Source of the DNA: Eubacteriales bacterium
GTDB lineage: Bacteria > Bacillota > Clostridia > Oscillospirales > CAG-382
Length of the DNA: 24,000 nt
NCBI GenBank assembly: GCA_045596755.1
Contig: JAZOCZ010000132.1
Span: 1 to 24,000, forward strand
Direction: 5' to 3'
The notes below the pieces were generated by a model. That model saw nothing but the letters and a program-made list of their open reading frames with translations. It was not told the origin of the DNA and ran no database searches. The position numbers were made by a program, and so were the translations under genes. Positions 23,364-24,000 of the stretch are shown in pieces. Positions within the stretch are counted from its first letter, which is position 1; each line of letters starts with the position of its first letter.

Positions 23364-23478
23364 AATACCGCCTCCTTTAAGTCCGAATTTCATCACTATA
23401 ATACATATACGCAAAAAAATCGAAAAACCCTTTTTTTATTTTTTAAAAAAACAAAAAAATAAAAATCGGAAATATATG

Positions 23479-23507
23479 TTGATTTTTTACTCTCGTTGTG
23501 GTAAAAT
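23479..23507 (+). promoter_or_regulatory. sigma-A type promoter for the DUF805 gene
   Basis: TTGATT (23479-23484), 17 nt, TAAAAT (23502-23507), with TGg extended -10. Confidence 0.5.
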
Positions 23508-23566
23508 GTTCAAAGTAATGTGAAATTTGGTTACAAATCGTTCGTTTGAAATATTTAGGGGTTTAT

Positions 23567-23959
23567 ATGGAATTTTTTGTTTATTGCTTAAAAAATAATT
23601 ATTCTGATTTTAACGGCAAAGCGACAAGAAAAGAGTTTTGGACTTTTACGGCTTTTTTTGCTGTTATAACCTTGGCGCTGCAGTTTATCACTGGTCTTAT
23701 AAGCGGACTTACTACCGTTGGCGCTATAAAATATCTTTATCTTGTTTTTGTGTTTCTTATGGTAGTCCCACAAGTCGCTATCGCTGCCAGAAGATTTCAC
23801 GATACAGGGAAAAGCGGAAAGCTTCTTCTCGTTGGGCTTATCCCAATCGTTGGTTTTATTCTTCTTGTTATCTGGCTCTGCGGAAAAACTGATGACGGAA
23901 AGAAAAACGCGGGAAAAGTGAAAAAGAAAACAAACGTGAAAGTAAAAGTGAAAAAATGA
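23567..23959 (+). CDS. DUF805 (YhaH-like) inner membrane protein with Lys-rich tail
   Basis: Start at ATG 23567 (MEFFVYCLKNNY). ATRKEFW...IAARRFHDTGKSG..LL..IP.VG.ILL is the DUF805 signature. The C-terminus is KKNAGKVKKKTNVKVKVKK. Confidence 0.8.
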   Translation: MEFFVYCLKNNYSDFNGKATRKEFWTFTAFFAVITLALQFITGLISGLTTVGAIKYLYLVFVFLMVVPQVAIAARRFHDTGKSGKLLLVGLIPIVGFILLVIWLCGKTDDGKKNAGKVKKKTNVKVKVKK

Positions 23960-23967
23960 TTGAATTT

Positions 23968-24000
23968 AAAGGTTACCGTGTTTTTTGGGTAGCCTTTTCT
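23968..24000 (+). terminator. Putative terminator (cut by window edge)
   Basis: AAAGGTTACC (23968-23977) pairs with GGTAGCCTTT (23988-23997) with one G-U pair, and the T-run continues to the window end. Confidence 0.45.

Noticed and set aside
23364-23414. Upstream extension of dnaG (MRICIIVMKFGLKGGGI)
   Set aside because: Primases start at the conserved (M)xIPxExI motif. TTG 23363 has GGAGG at ideal spacing, whereas the extension has no RBS.
1-24000. Defense island, toxin-antitoxin, CRISPR or prophage content
   Set aside because: I recognised no nucleases, methyltransferases, ATPase/helicase defense cores, repeat-spacer arrays, integrases (other than the IS30 fragment) or phage structural genes. 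The gene content is dominated by housekeeping and envelope functions.

Overview
This window reads as chromosomal core DNA of a low-GC, spore-forming Clostridia organism. A Ruminococcus/Oscillospiraceae-like host is my inference from the dockerin and cohesin-like modules, a GerA-family gene, IreB and SigA. I recognise about 27 coding regions. They are: the edge of an IS30-family element; hflX; a dockerin-bearing modular surface protein; a zinc-ribbon/TM2 plus DUF2752-like membrane pair; a small CPWCG protein; an orphan GerA-family germination protein; a five-gene envelope operon; nrdR; the membrane module of a Na+-translocating decarboxylase; a cohesin-like secreted protein followed by an unannotated 52-aa ORF; a PatB/MalY C-S lyase; an RluA-family pseudouridine synthase; a dnaG-rpoD-ireB operon extended by two small unknown genes; and a DUF805 membrane protein. 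The envelope operon holds three tandem SGNH-type lipoprotein paralogs, a DUF4358-like lipoprotein and a membrane-anchored LytM/M23 protein with degenerate active-site motifs. I found no rRNA, tRNA, CRISPR array, recognisable defense system, toxin-antitoxin pair or prophage. The best candidates for something undescribed are modest. First is a GC/purine-rich noncoding island at about 15249-15500, with a GCARGAG heptamer array and a long GC hairpin. Second is the SGNH x3 / DUF4358 / degenerate-LytM operon, whose first paralog has lost both the catalytic Ser and His. Third is the 52-aa ORF coupled to the cohesin-like gene. All family assignments come from motif recognition by eye, and no searches were run.
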